DNA of 64,000 bases from Candidatus Poribacteria bacterium (lineage in GTDB: Bacteria; Poribacteria; WGA-4E; WGA-3G), in assembly GCA_965242965.1 (NCBI GenBank), contig OZ251518.1, forward strand, positions 2,144,001 to 2,208,000, read 5' to 3'. Positions 40,432 to 49,614 of the stretch are shown piece by piece (positions within the stretch are counted from its first letter, which is position 1; the number at the start of each line of letters is the position of its first letter). The notes under the pieces are model-generated. The model ran no database searches. It saw nothing but the letters and a program-made list of their open reading frames with translations, and had not been told where the DNA came from. The position numbers and the translations under genes are program-made.

Positions 40432-41469
40432 ATGTATAAAAGCGCGATGTTAGGGTGCGGCGGCCGTGCCCGAGCGCATGCAGACGCGTATCGCTTCGTT
40501 AACGGCGGAAAACTCGCCGCCATCTGCGATATGAACACCGAACTACTCAACAAATTCGGGGACGATTTCGGCATCTCCGCACGCTACACGGATTTAGACG
40601 AGATGCTAGAGAAGGAGAAACCGGATGTCCTTCATATCGTCACCGCACCGGTGCTACGTGGTAGCAACGAACGCATCCGTTATCCGCTGATGAAACAGGC
40701 ATCCGACCACGGTGTGCCTGCCGCTATCGTCGAAAAGCCGATTGCTGTCGAAAGTGAGGACTGGAAACAGATTTCGGGGCTCTCCAAGGAAACGAAAACG
40801 AAGTTTGTTGTCAATACGCAACTGAACTTCCACCCGCAAAACTTGGAGTTGAAACGGGACGTAGCGGAAGGCAGGATAGGCGATATCAAGTTCATTGATG
40901 CGAGCGCGCGCAGCACCCCGGTAGACCAGGGCCCGCATGTTTTGCAGTTGGTTTCGTCTTATATTGACAATTCTCGTCCGGTGCGAGTGCTCGGACAAGT
41001 CTCTGGGCGCGAGCAGTTAGATTCGGCGCAGCCTTCGCCGCAATACGCCGCCGCACGGGTGCAGTATGAAAACGGCTTGCACGTCTCGGTTGCGTTCGGC
41101 ACCGCTATCGCGCCGACTGCATCCGAAGATCCGGTGGTTTACTTCCACAAACGGGTTTTTGTCGTGGGGACGAAAGGGTTCGTGCATTGGCGGTTTAGCA
41201 GCTGGGAGCGCGCCACGCCGGAGGGCGGCTATGAAGGCGGCCCGCTCAACTATGGCGAACAGGATGTCGTCGCGCAGGGTAACCTCACTGAGGCTGTCTT
41301 TGACTGGCTTGACGATGAAGCGAAGGTGCATCCGACGCACCTTGAGCAGTCGCTGGCGGAGTTCAACCTGCTATTGGGCATCTATTACAGCGGCATCACG
41401 AACGAGGTAATTGAGCTTCCGTTTGAGCCGCCGGATGGGCTGATGGATTCGCTTCGGGCGAAATTGTAA
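40432..41469 (+). CDS. Gfo/Idh/MocA family oxidoreductase (copy 2)
   Basis: Near-identical tandem paralogue with the same GGAGAACATTTTCATG leader. Confidence 0.85.
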   Translation: MYKSAMLGCGGRARAHADAYRFVNGGKLAAICDMNTELLNKFGDDFGISARYTDLDEMLEKEKPDVLHIVTAPVLRGSNERIRYPLMKQASDHGVPAAIVEKPIAVESEDWKQISGLSKETKTKFVVNTQLNFHPQNLELKRDVAEGRIGDIKFIDASARSTPVDQGPHVLQLVSSYIDNSRPVRVLGQVSGREQLDSAQPSPQYAAARVQYENGLHVSVAFGTAIAPTASEDPVVYFHKRVFVVGTKGFVHWRFSSWERATPEGGYEGGPLNYGEQDVVAQGNLTEAVFDWLDDEAKVHPTHLEQSLAEFNLLLGIYYSGITNEVIELPFEPPDGLMDSLRAKL

Positions 41470-41511
41470 GGGGGCTGCCTTTTATTTTTAAGTGAAAGGG
41501 AGGCGTTTTTT

Positions 41512-41964
41512 ACCGTAGCGCAAGGGAGAGAGCAGACCTGTCCCACGCGAGTGTCCGGGGCCGCGGACGATGGCGAGGGACAGGCCCTCGCCCTACGGTG
41601 AGACGGCCCCCTCTGTAGGTCAAGATCGCCAGATCTTGACCCGTTCGGGATCGGGCGATCCCGAACTACGGTCTACGTTGAAGGGGTGGCGTTTTTAACC
41701 GTAGCGCGGGGGCCTGTCCCCCGCGATCGCTGCATGGCGAGGGACAGGCCCTCGCCCTACGGTGAAGGGGGGAGTTCTTTTCGCGTGCTAGATGGCGAGG
41801 GACAGACCCTCGCCCTACGGTGAAGGGGGACCTTCTGCCGCCGCTGCCCCGGGAGGCGCGCCGCCCTATTGCATCGAGACCAGGAGGTCTCTCCTACCGG
41901 GAAAACGGCATCGTTCGGAATCTCACGAAACCATTTTGACAACAACGAGTTAAGAAACACCCTC
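41512..41964. repeat. REP array ending in a MITE-like terminus
   Basis: GTAG hairpins; AAGAAACACCCTC. Confidence 0.8.
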
Positions 41965-41987
41965 ATTTATTTAAAAGGAGAATAGCA

Positions 41988-42803
41988 ATGCGAGTGCTGA
42001 TTATGTCCGATATGGAAGGTGTGAGCGGCATTGTCGTATGGGAACAGGTGAACGGCGGGGCCGCGATGTTTGAAGAAGGCAGGCGACTCTACACGGAAGA
42101 AATAAACGCCGCCGTGCGCGGGGCTAAAGCCGCCGGTGCGACAGAAATTGTTGTTGTGGATTGCCACGGTGCCGGGCAAGGTTGGACATTTAATTCGCTC
42201 ATTCCCGATAAAATTCATCCGGATTGCGAGTGGGTAGCGCACCACGGATGGGGACGCTACGATGAGATGTGGGAGGAAGGCTGCGATGCCTGCTTGCTCA
42301 TCGGGATGCACGCGCGCAACGGGACACCCGACGGTGTGCTGTGCCACACGATTTCCACCGTCAAATACCGAAACCTCTGGTTTAACGATGAACTTGTCGG
42401 TGAAACGGGTGTAAACGCCGCGCTCAACGGGCATTACGGTGTCCCGATTGCGCTCGTCACAGGCGACGCGGCAGTCTGCCGAGAAGCGAAGTCGCTCCTC
42501 GGCGAGTCACTGCCAACTGTCGCTGTGAAGAAGGGGCTAGGCCGGTATAGCGCGCGGCAGCTCCCTCCTCGCCGCGCTCGCGAACGGATTGAGGAAGCCA
42601 CCAAAAACGCGCTCACCGAACGCATCCAAACGTTGCCTTACGTGCCTGAAAAGCCGACGACAATCCGAATTGAATTGGAAAGCGTTGATAAACTCGCCGA
42701 TTTCAAAGGAAGAACGGGGGTCGAAATCACCAGTCCGCTCACCGTTGAAAGCCGCGCGAAAAATTGGCTAACCGCATGGAATCAATTCTGGCCCTATGCC
42801 TAG
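41988..42803 (+). CDS. M55 family D-aminopeptidase
   Basis: SDMEG, V.DCHG, IGMHA, LCHT, GETG.NA, VTGD. Confidence 0.92.
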   Translation: MRVLIMSDMEGVSGIVVWEQVNGGAAMFEEGRRLYTEEINAAVRGAKAAGATEIVVVDCHGAGQGWTFNSLIPDKIHPDCEWVAHHGWGRYDEMWEEGCDACLLIGMHARNGTPDGVLCHTISTVKYRNLWFNDELVGETGVNAALNGHYGVPIALVTGDAAVCREAKSLLGESLPTVAVKKGLGRYSARQLPPRRARERIEEATKNALTERIQTLPYVPEKPTTIRIELESVDKLADFKGRTGVEITSPLTVESRAKNWLTAWNQFWPYA

Positions 42804-42825
42804 TTGCATCGCGAACGCGCGCCTT

Positions 42826-43248
42826 TTAGGCATCGTCAAGGACGCTGAGCGGATCTTCGGAGGCATCTTTCCTCTCCAAGATTTCCACCTCGTATCCATC
42901 CGGGTCTGTGATGAATGCCATCTTCATGCCGCCGGAGGTAAATTGCGCGCGCCATTCGTCCGGCCAAATCTCCAAGCCGGCTTTCTCTAACCCGTCGCAA
43001 AACGCAACGATGTCTGGGACACCGATGGCGAAATGCATCAGGTCTTCCTGAACATTGAGTTCAAAATCGGGCGAGTAAGTCAACTCCAGCGTGTGCGCAT
43101 TCCCCGGAAGTTCGAGATGCACTATCTGGTTCCCTGCCGGGGACTTGTCGCTCCGGCTGAGGACTTTGAATCCTAAGTGGTTGCAATACCAATCGATCGA
43201 ATCGTCCAGGGCGCTGACGCGGACCCGGGTGTGTAAAAAAACAGCCAT
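42826..43248 (-). CDS. VOC/glyoxalase family protein
   Basis: LHTRVRV, LELTY, HFAIGV, FITDPDGYEVE. Confidence 0.9.
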   Translation of the reverse strand: MAVFLHTRVRVSALDDSIDWYCNHLGFKVLSRSDKSPAGNQIVHLELPGNAHTLELTYSPDFELNVQEDLMHFAIGVPDIVAFCDGLEKAGLEIWPDEWRAQFTSGGMKMAFITDPDGYEVEILERKDASEDPLSVLDDA

Positions 43249-43262
43249 GTTGTTCTCCTTCT

Positions 43263-43337
43263 TTTTGTTTCGATCGGGCGATCAAAACCTATTTTGAGAT
43301 TTTGTTTCGATCAGGCGATCGAAACCTATTTTGAGAT
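43263..43337. repeat. Tandem duplication of about 37 bp containing a TTTCGATC-AGGC-GATCGAAA hairpin
   Basis: Two adjacent copies. Confidence 0.75.
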
Positions 43338-43377
43338 AAAGATATAATAGCGTATTCCGTGAATTTTGTCAAGACTT

Positions 43378-43527
43378 GAGCAGGATTTACAAGATTAGGC
43401 AAGATTTTCAAGAGGACATTTCACACCGCACCCAACCTATCAGAACTGCCACAAGCAGCGGGGGCAGGGGATGCCCCCCTCATCCTGCAAAATCTTGTAA
43501 ATCTTGTAAATCTTGCAAATCCTGCTC
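43378..43527. repeat. Inverted element built of 9-bp units (GAGCAGGATTTACAAGATT...AATCTTGCAAATCCTGCTC)
   Basis: Terminal inverted repeats with tandem AATCTTGTA units. Confidence 0.75.
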
Positions 43528-43563
43528 CGATTTCATTAGCAATTCTTTGTGGGGAGACTCAAA

Positions 43564-44931
43564 ATGAGAAAAACCGATAAATCCAACATCCTCTTTATCA
43601 CGGCGGACCAGCACCGATACGATTATCTTGAATCGGTAGAGGATGCTCCCGCCGCGCTCCAGACTCCTAACCTGCGACGCATCGCAGAACAGGGTGTCTA
43701 TTTCCGGAATTGCACCACGAACGCCCCAGTCTGCGCGCCTGCACGAATCGCTTTGGCTACCGGGTTGCAACCCTCACGCGTCGGCGCGGTGGATAACGGT
43801 TGCTTCCTCCCAACTAACGTGCCAACTTACTATCAGCAACTTCGAGATAACGGATACCGCGTCGGTTGTGTCGGCAAACTGGATTTGGCGAAACCCGACG
43901 GCTATAACGGCCGCTACGGCGACAGACCTCGGGCATACAGTTGGGGTTTCACGCACCCGGAAGAATGTGAAGGTAAGATGCACGCCGGCAGCTCGCCAAC
44001 GCCAATCGGTCCTTATACCCATTACCTAGAAGAAAAGGGGCTGCTGAAGGCGTTCCACGATGATTATCGGAAACGGAGTGCCGGCGGCTGGATTAAAGAG
44101 GGCTCCTACGATTCTGTCCTCCCGGCAGAGGATTTTGAGGATACTTACATCGGCAGGCGCGCGGCGGAATTTATTCAGCAGATTCCGGCGGACTTCCCGT
44201 GGCACCTATTCGTCAGTTTCGTCGGACCGCATGATCCGTTCGATCCGCCCACGGAATACGCTGATAAGTATCGCAACGCAGCCATGCCGCCGCATATTAC
44301 AGACGACATGCACGGGAAGCCGGAATGGGTAAAGCGGCGCGTCGTGAATCTCACACCGGAGGAAATTGCTGTCACGCGCCGGCAATACTGCGCCGCAACT
44401 GAACTGATTGACGCGCAAATCGGCGAAATGCTCGCTGCGCTGGAGCAACGCGGCATGCTTGAAAATACCTATATCCTCTACTCCAGCGACCACGGTGAGA
44501 TGCTCGGGGACCACGGGCTTTACACGAAGAGTGTCGCGTATGAAGCGTCGTTGCGGGTGCCGCTGCTCATCGCGGGCCCTGGTATAACCGCCGGACAGAC
44601 TTCAGACGCGCTGGTGGAACTCATCGATGTGAACCCGACGATTTGCGAATTGGCAGGCGTTCCTGCGCTGGAAAATATCGATGCGCGCTCCATCACATCG
44701 GTGTTGCGCGGCGAGAGTGAAACGCATCGCACTGAAACCGTCAGCGCGCTCCGCAATTTCCGGTGCATCCGCACTGCCACGCATAAACTGATTGAAAACT
44801 ACAACGATGTGACAGAACTCTACGATTTGTCAACAGATGCAACAGAGTTGCATAACATCGCGCGGACAGAACGCGAACTCGCAGGCCAACTGCGAACGCG
44901 TTTAGGACGACGTTTTCGTGCAGCACTATGA
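43564..44931 (+). CDS. Sulfatase (choline-sulfatase-like)
   Basis: NILFITADQHR, CAPAR, PHDPFDPP, SDHGEMLGDHG. Confidence 0.92.
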   Translation: MRKTDKSNILFITADQHRYDYLESVEDAPAALQTPNLRRIAEQGVYFRNCTTNAPVCAPARIALATGLQPSRVGAVDNGCFLPTNVPTYYQQLRDNGYRVGCVGKLDLAKPDGYNGRYGDRPRAYSWGFTHPEECEGKMHAGSSPTPIGPYTHYLEEKGLLKAFHDDYRKRSAGGWIKEGSYDSVLPAEDFEDTYIGRRAAEFIQQIPADFPWHLFVSFVGPHDPFDPPTEYADKYRNAAMPPHITDDMHGKPEWVKRRVVNLTPEEIAVTRRQYCAATELIDAQIGEMLAALEQRGMLENTYILYSSDHGEMLGDHGLYTKSVAYEASLRVPLLIAGPGITAGQTSDALVELIDVNPTICELAGVPALENIDARSITSVLRGESETHRTETVSALRNFRCIRTATHKLIENYNDVTELYDLSTDATELHNIARTERELAGQLRTRLGRRFRAAL

Positions 44932-46082
44932 GCACTAATTTTGACGCGCGTCGGGCGTATCAGCATGTCAGGGAGATTGCCTTTCCGCGGGGCGTTGGGA
45001 GCGCGGGTGAAACGGCGGCGCGTGAGTATATCGTCCGGCATTTCAGGGACCTGGGACTGCATGTCGTGCGGGAGCCTTTCCACTTCACAAAATTCCCTGC
45101 GGAGGTGCTGCCGCGTCTCGTTTGTGCTATTTTCACACCGATTGTGTTCATGGTGCCGTGGCTCGGCGAACGGTTTCCTATCGGCATGTGCATTCTTTGC
45201 CTAGGAAGTCTCGCCGTGGCGATGGGCTTCACACGGTGGCAACCGTGGCTAGAAAAGTTGTATGATGTCGGGAAAAAGTGTCGTTCGGAGAATGTCATCG
45301 CCACGAACGACGTGCCTCCAACCACGGGTGCGCCGACACTCATTTTCGTGGCGCATTACGACTCCAAATCGCAAGTGCTTCCGATTGCTGTGCGCGCAGT
45401 CGCTTACGGCATCGCAATCGTCGGGCTCATCAGCCTAACGGGTTTCATACTCGTTCAGTTGCTGTTCCAATTCTGGCCGCCGAGCGCGGTTTTGTGGGGT
45501 ATCGCCGGCGTGAGCGGTTTCTGTCTGTTGCTTTTGCAATTCAATTTCACGCAAAACCGTTCGCCCGGCGGTTTTGATAATGCTTCCGGGATTGGCGTTC
45601 TTTTGGAGTTAGCCCGGGCTGGCATGTCTCAAAAAGCGCGATGCATTTTTCTCGCCACCGGTGCGGAAGAATACGGTATGTGCGGCGCGTTGCGCTATAT
45701 CCAACGGCACGCCGAAGAATATAACAAGCACCAAGTCTTTGTGCTCAACCTTGATGGGCTTGGCGTTGGCAATTCGGTGGATGTCATCACGCGCTATGGT
45801 ATACCGCCGCTTCGCACGGCGCGAAAACTCGCTGAGGCACTTCAAACATCGGGTGAAGCACTCGGTATAAACGTTAGGGAACGCTATTTTCCGATCGGTG
45901 TCGGATTTGACAGTATCCCGATTGCAAGCCGTGGATTTGAGGCAGTCACGCTCACGTCGGGAGATGTCGGCAAGGTAGCCTTAAAAGTCCATTCCAAACA
46001 CGACCGGGGTGAACTGCTCAACGTAGCCAGTTTACAACGCGTAGGTGAACTCATTTTGTTGTTCCTAGGCGAAAGAACGTAG
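44928..46082 (+). CDS. Membrane-bound M28 family peptidase
   Basis: PR..GS.GE, AHYDS, DNASG, GAEE.G, NLDG, HS..D with TM inserts. Confidence 0.85.
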   Translation: MSTNFDARRAYQHVREIAFPRGVGSAGETAAREYIVRHFRDLGLHVVREPFHFTKFPAEVLPRLVCAIFTPIVFMVPWLGERFPIGMCILCLGSLAVAMGFTRWQPWLEKLYDVGKKCRSENVIATNDVPPTTGAPTLIFVAHYDSKSQVLPIAVRAVAYGIAIVGLISLTGFILVQLLFQFWPPSAVLWGIAGVSGFCLLLLQFNFTQNRSPGGFDNASGIGVLLELARAGMSQKARCIFLATGAEEYGMCGALRYIQRHAEEYNKHQVFVLNLDGLGVGNSVDVITRYGIPPLRTARKLAEALQTSGEALGINVRERYFPIGVGFDSIPIASRGFEAVTLTSGDVGKVALKVHSKHDRGELLNVASLQRVGELILLFLGERT

Positions 46083-46088
46083 TTAATT

Positions 46089-46529
46089 GAGGGTGTTTCA
46101 TATTTCGATGCGTTCGGTAGGAGAGACCTCCTGGTCTCGATGCAATAGGCGGCGCGCCTACCGGAGCCGCGGCGGCAGAAGGTCCCCCTTCATCGTAGGG
46201 CGAGGGCCCGCGCAGGTTTCCACACGCGCAGGCGAGCCGGTTTCCCTCGCCAACGTTCGCTCGCCATGCCCTATAGGTCAGGCTCGCCTGATCCTGACCC
46301 GTTTGTGATCAGGCGAGCACAAACTACAGAGAGGGAAACACACATCGGGACGATGGACAACGCGGGGGACAGGCCCACGCGCTACGGGAAAATCGAGACC
46401 GGGAGGTCTCTCCTACGGGAGCATCGCTTCGGGTAGGAGGGACATCCTTGTCCCGATACGCACAGTATAAAACGCATCGAGACCAGGAGGTCTCTCCTAC
46501 GGGTGTGCATCGATTTATGAAACACCGTC
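46089..46529. mobile_element. MITE-like element with REP cargo; imperfect AGTTAAT duplication
   Basis: GAGGGTGTTTCATA...TTATGAAACACCGTC; AGTTAATT left, AGTTAATG right. Confidence 0.75.
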
Positions 46530-46583
46530 AGTTAATGACAACCTCACTGACGGATTACGTAAAGATACACACTTGCAACAACC

Positions 46584-47264
46584 ATGCATATCAAACGCAT
46601 TGCGAAAGACAGAAAACCTGTCACAGGGATTATCCTCGCGGGTGGGAAAAGCCGACGGATGGGGAAAAATAAGGCGTTGCTGCGGCTCGGCGATAAGACA
46701 CTCATCGAACACGTGATATGTCCGCTTCGCGAAGTGACAGACGAACTGCTGCTCATCACCAAGAGTCCGCAAGAATACGCGCACCTGAACCTCCCGATGC
46801 ACGATGATATTCTGCCGAATGCCGGGGCGTTAGGGGGCCTCCACGCCGGTCTGACGTATGCCTCGCACGAACTTGTGCTCTGCGTCGCGTGCGATAGCCC
46901 GTTCTTACAGCCTGCGCTGCTTACCTACCTCATTTCGGCGATGGCAACGGAGGACGATGCTGTCGTCCCTTACACCGAAGCCGAAGATGCATCGGGCAAA
47001 AAACGCCAGACAAAATACCAGACGCTGTGCGCTGTCTACTCAAAACGGTGTTTGCCGGTGATTGAGCAAATGGTGTCGGCATCGGAGTTGCGCGTGCATC
47101 AACTCTATCGGCGTATCCGCTGCAGAGAGGTGCCGCCGGCGATATGGCGAACGTTTGATGCGGAAGGCGTGTCATTTTTCAACGTGAACACCCGCGCGGA
47201 TTTCGTATTGGCACAGTCCATATTGATACGGGGCGAGGGACAGGAAACCCTCGCCCTGCGGTGA
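46584..47264 (+). CDS. mobA: Molybdenum cofactor guanylyltransferase
   Basis: IILAGGKSRRMGKNKALL, GALGGL, ACD.PF, FFNVNT. Confidence 0.9.
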   Translation: MHIKRIAKDRKPVTGIILAGGKSRRMGKNKALLRLGDKTLIEHVICPLREVTDELLLITKSPQEYAHLNLPMHDDILPNAGALGGLHAGLTYASHELVLCVACDSPFLQPALLTYLISAMATEDDAVVPYTEAEDASGKKRQTKYQTLCAVYSKRCLPVIEQMVSASELRVHQLYRRIRCREVPPAIWRTFDAEGVSFFNVNTRADFVLAQSILIRGEGQETLALR

Positions 47265-47273
47265 AAGGAGATG

Positions 47274-47999
47274 TTAATCGTCCTTGGGCCGATACTCAGT
47301 CAGGTGCGGTGGCAGAGGGAGATATTTGTATCCCTGTTTGCGCCGTTTTTCGCCTTGCGCAACTAAATACGCATAGCGTTCCTCAATCGTCTTGAACTGC
47401 GCACTGAACTCCTGTCTCATTCGGGCGCATTCTTCGAGGACCGGGTCGGTGTAAGTCTCCGGATCGAAGCCGGGGAGATAACACTTTCCAACGAATTTTT
47501 CTTTCATGACAAGTCCCTCCATTAAGATTGTCGGTGTGCAGATAGTAACAGGCTGAAACCCGGCTGCTTCGCACACACGGTAGATTTGCCGGCGTTGGTT
47601 TTCATTGACGAGATGCTTGTGGTTCCACGAGACAAGGTAATCCACACCCTGCACCGTGGCGATAGCAATGTGTTCAGCGTCTTCTCTTGATTTTGCTGGC
47701 ACGGCACGGGCGGCGAGCAGCTGCTGCACAAGGGCAAAAGCTTCCGCAGAGAAAGGTAAGCAAGGGAAGTGCACAATGGCAGCGTTCCGCTTCCTTGCTT
47801 GAGCCCGATCGCCTCTGCTGATTTCACCAATCACTGTGTCGGAAACCACAAACGCAAATTGGTTTTGAAAATTCCTCCAAAAGCGGCGGCTTTCCGCTTG
47901 CCACAAGGCAAGTTGTGAATTCTGGCTCGGGTCCGCCACGTAGTAACTGATAACCGTCGGGTCAAGATAGACTCGCGGGTTTTGTGCATAGGTGAACAT
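47274..47999 (-). CDS. PIN-domain (VapC-like) protein continuous with a small C-terminal module
   Basis: VYLDPTVIS, EI, EDAEHIAIA, LVSWNHKHL, ICTP; then DPVLEECARMRQEFSAQF. Confidence 0.8.
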   Translation of the reverse strand: MFTYAQNPRVYLDPTVISYYVADPSQNSQLALWQAESRRFWRNFQNQFAFVVSDTVIGEISRGDRAQARKRNAAIVHFPCLPFSAEAFALVQQLLAARAVPAKSREDAEHIAIATVQGVDYLVSWNHKHLVNENQRRQIYRVCEAAGFQPVTICTPTILMEGLVMKEKFVGKCYLPGFDPETYTDPVLEECARMRQEFSAQFKTIEERYAYLVAQGEKRRKQGYKYLPLPPHLTEYRPKDD

Positions 48000-48129
48000 G
48001 AAAGAATTATACCTTTATTTCCGGTAAATGTCCAGAAAATTGTGGGCAGGATTCGAGAGTGATAGGAGACACTTCTCCTCCTTTTGTCCCTCGCCGGGCA
48101 TGAAATCCCGCAAATCCCCTATTCAGACA

Positions 48130-48600
48130 TCAGACAGCCCCTTCCAACTCCGCCTGACACTCAGCACAATACCCAATAATTTCATTCCGGAAGCGGACAG
48201 ATTTAAACCCGTGCTCTTCGCACACGGCTTTTTGGAGCGCGTCGATTTTCGGTTCCCTGAATTCGACGATCTGGTTGCACCGGAGGCAGATCAGATGCGC
48301 ATGTTCACGAAGCGAATGGATGCTCTCATAACGGGTATTCTTTTGCGCGTCAATAAATTCTGTCAGCAGCCCGCTTTTGACGAGGAGCGGCAGCGTCCGG
48401 TAAATCGTCGGCCGCGAGGCGAGGTAGCCGTTCCGCCGCATCTGAACGAGTAAGTCTTCGGCTTGGAAATGCCCGTTGTAGGCGTAGACCTGCTCTAAAA
48501 TGTCCTGCCGTTTGCTGGTCAGACGGAGCCCGCAACTTTCAAGATAGTCTTTGAATTGTTTAACAAAATCGGAGGGGATTGTGTTTTCGGTGCTTTTCAT
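48130..48600 (-). CDS. Fur family transcriptional regulator
   Basis: GLRLT.KR, TIYRTL, HAHLICLRC, GYCAEC. Confidence 0.92.
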   Translation of the reverse strand: MKSTENTIPSDFVKQFKDYLESCGLRLTSKRQDILEQVYAYNGHFQAEDLLVQMRRNGYLASRPTIYRTLPLLVKSGLLTEFIDAQKNTRYESIHSLREHAHLICLRCNQIVEFREPKIDALQKAVCEEHGFKSVRFRNEIIGYCAECQAELEGAV

Positions 48601-48765
48601 GGTGATTCCTTATTTCAACGTTCGCGGGGGACAGGCCCCGCGCTACGGTATCAGAGGGCGGCACTCGCGGGGGACAGGCCCCCGCGCTACGGTATCAGAA
48701 GGTTCTCGTATCGCGGATGAGGCGGACAGGCCCCCACTACGGCACCAGAGGGTTCTCGCATCTCG

Positions 48766-49614
48766 TTATGCGAAAACTACCTTGCATCCGGGCTCTGCGA
48801 GTCGATGTTTCACGGCGAGCTCATAAAACCGCCGGAGGCCCGCGATTTCGGATTCTCCCAACCCGTAATGGATATGCTTTTGCAGGTAATCGCGGCAGAG
48901 CGGTTCGGACAAACCCAATTTGTCGGATTCAATTCGTGCGATTTTTGGGATTTGCGTTATCCCGCGCGTCTTCGCCTCGCGCAATACATTGGGGGCATCG
49001 CCGAGTTGCACGCCGGCCCGCGCTACCCAGCACGCATAGACAAACGGCAAGCCGGTGAGTTCATGCCACGCCGTCCCAAGGTCAAGGCTATATTCAGTTG
49101 CGTCCAATCGTCGAAGGGCGGCATCGCCGATGAGTAGCACGGCTTGATAGTCTGCCGTGCCCGGGTCAGTGGACGGCGCGCACGGTGTGAACGTCGGCTG
49201 AATGCCGTATTTCTCAGCCAGCAAAATTTTCAGGAGCGCGATGGACGAACGCGAACTGGTATCCAATGCGATTTGCCGAATCTCTGAAATCGGCACGCGG
49301 CTGAAAAGTTGGATGCTGAGGACACTCCCGTGCGAAGCGATTGCAATGTCAGGCAAAATGCGGCACCCGGCATCGGAGGAACGGAAGTATTCAATAATCG
49401 GAATCAAGCCGATGTCCAGTTCCTCTGCCTTTAACAGCACGGCGAGTCGGCTCGGCACCTCAACGCTGAGCGCGATATCCGTCGGAATCTCCCCGTTCAA
49501 GAGCGGATAGATAAGCGGTTTCGTGTTCAAGAACGAAACCGCCCCGACTCTTAATCGCGATTTGCCATCACCACCGCCCGATCGGTTCTCGGCTACGCCG
49601 CTTTTCTGTGCCAC
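48766..49614 (-). CDS. mqnA: Chorismate dehydratase (futalosine pathway)
   Basis: VSFLNTKPL, S.SS..L, LLIGDAAL, DLG..W..LTGLPFVYA.W. Confidence 0.9.
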   Translation of the reverse strand: MAQKSGVAENRSGGGDGKSRLRVGAVSFLNTKPLIYPLLNGEIPTDIALSVEVPSRLAVLLKAEELDIGLIPIIEYFRSSDAGCRILPDIAIASHGSVLSIQLFSRVPISEIRQIALDTSSRSSIALLKILLAEKYGIQPTFTPCAPSTDPGTADYQAVLLIGDAALRRLDATEYSLDLGTAWHELTGLPFVYACWVARAGVQLGDAPNVLREAKTRGITQIPKIARIESDKLGLSEPLCRDYLQKHIHYGLGESEIAGLRRFYELAVKHRLAEPGCKVVFA

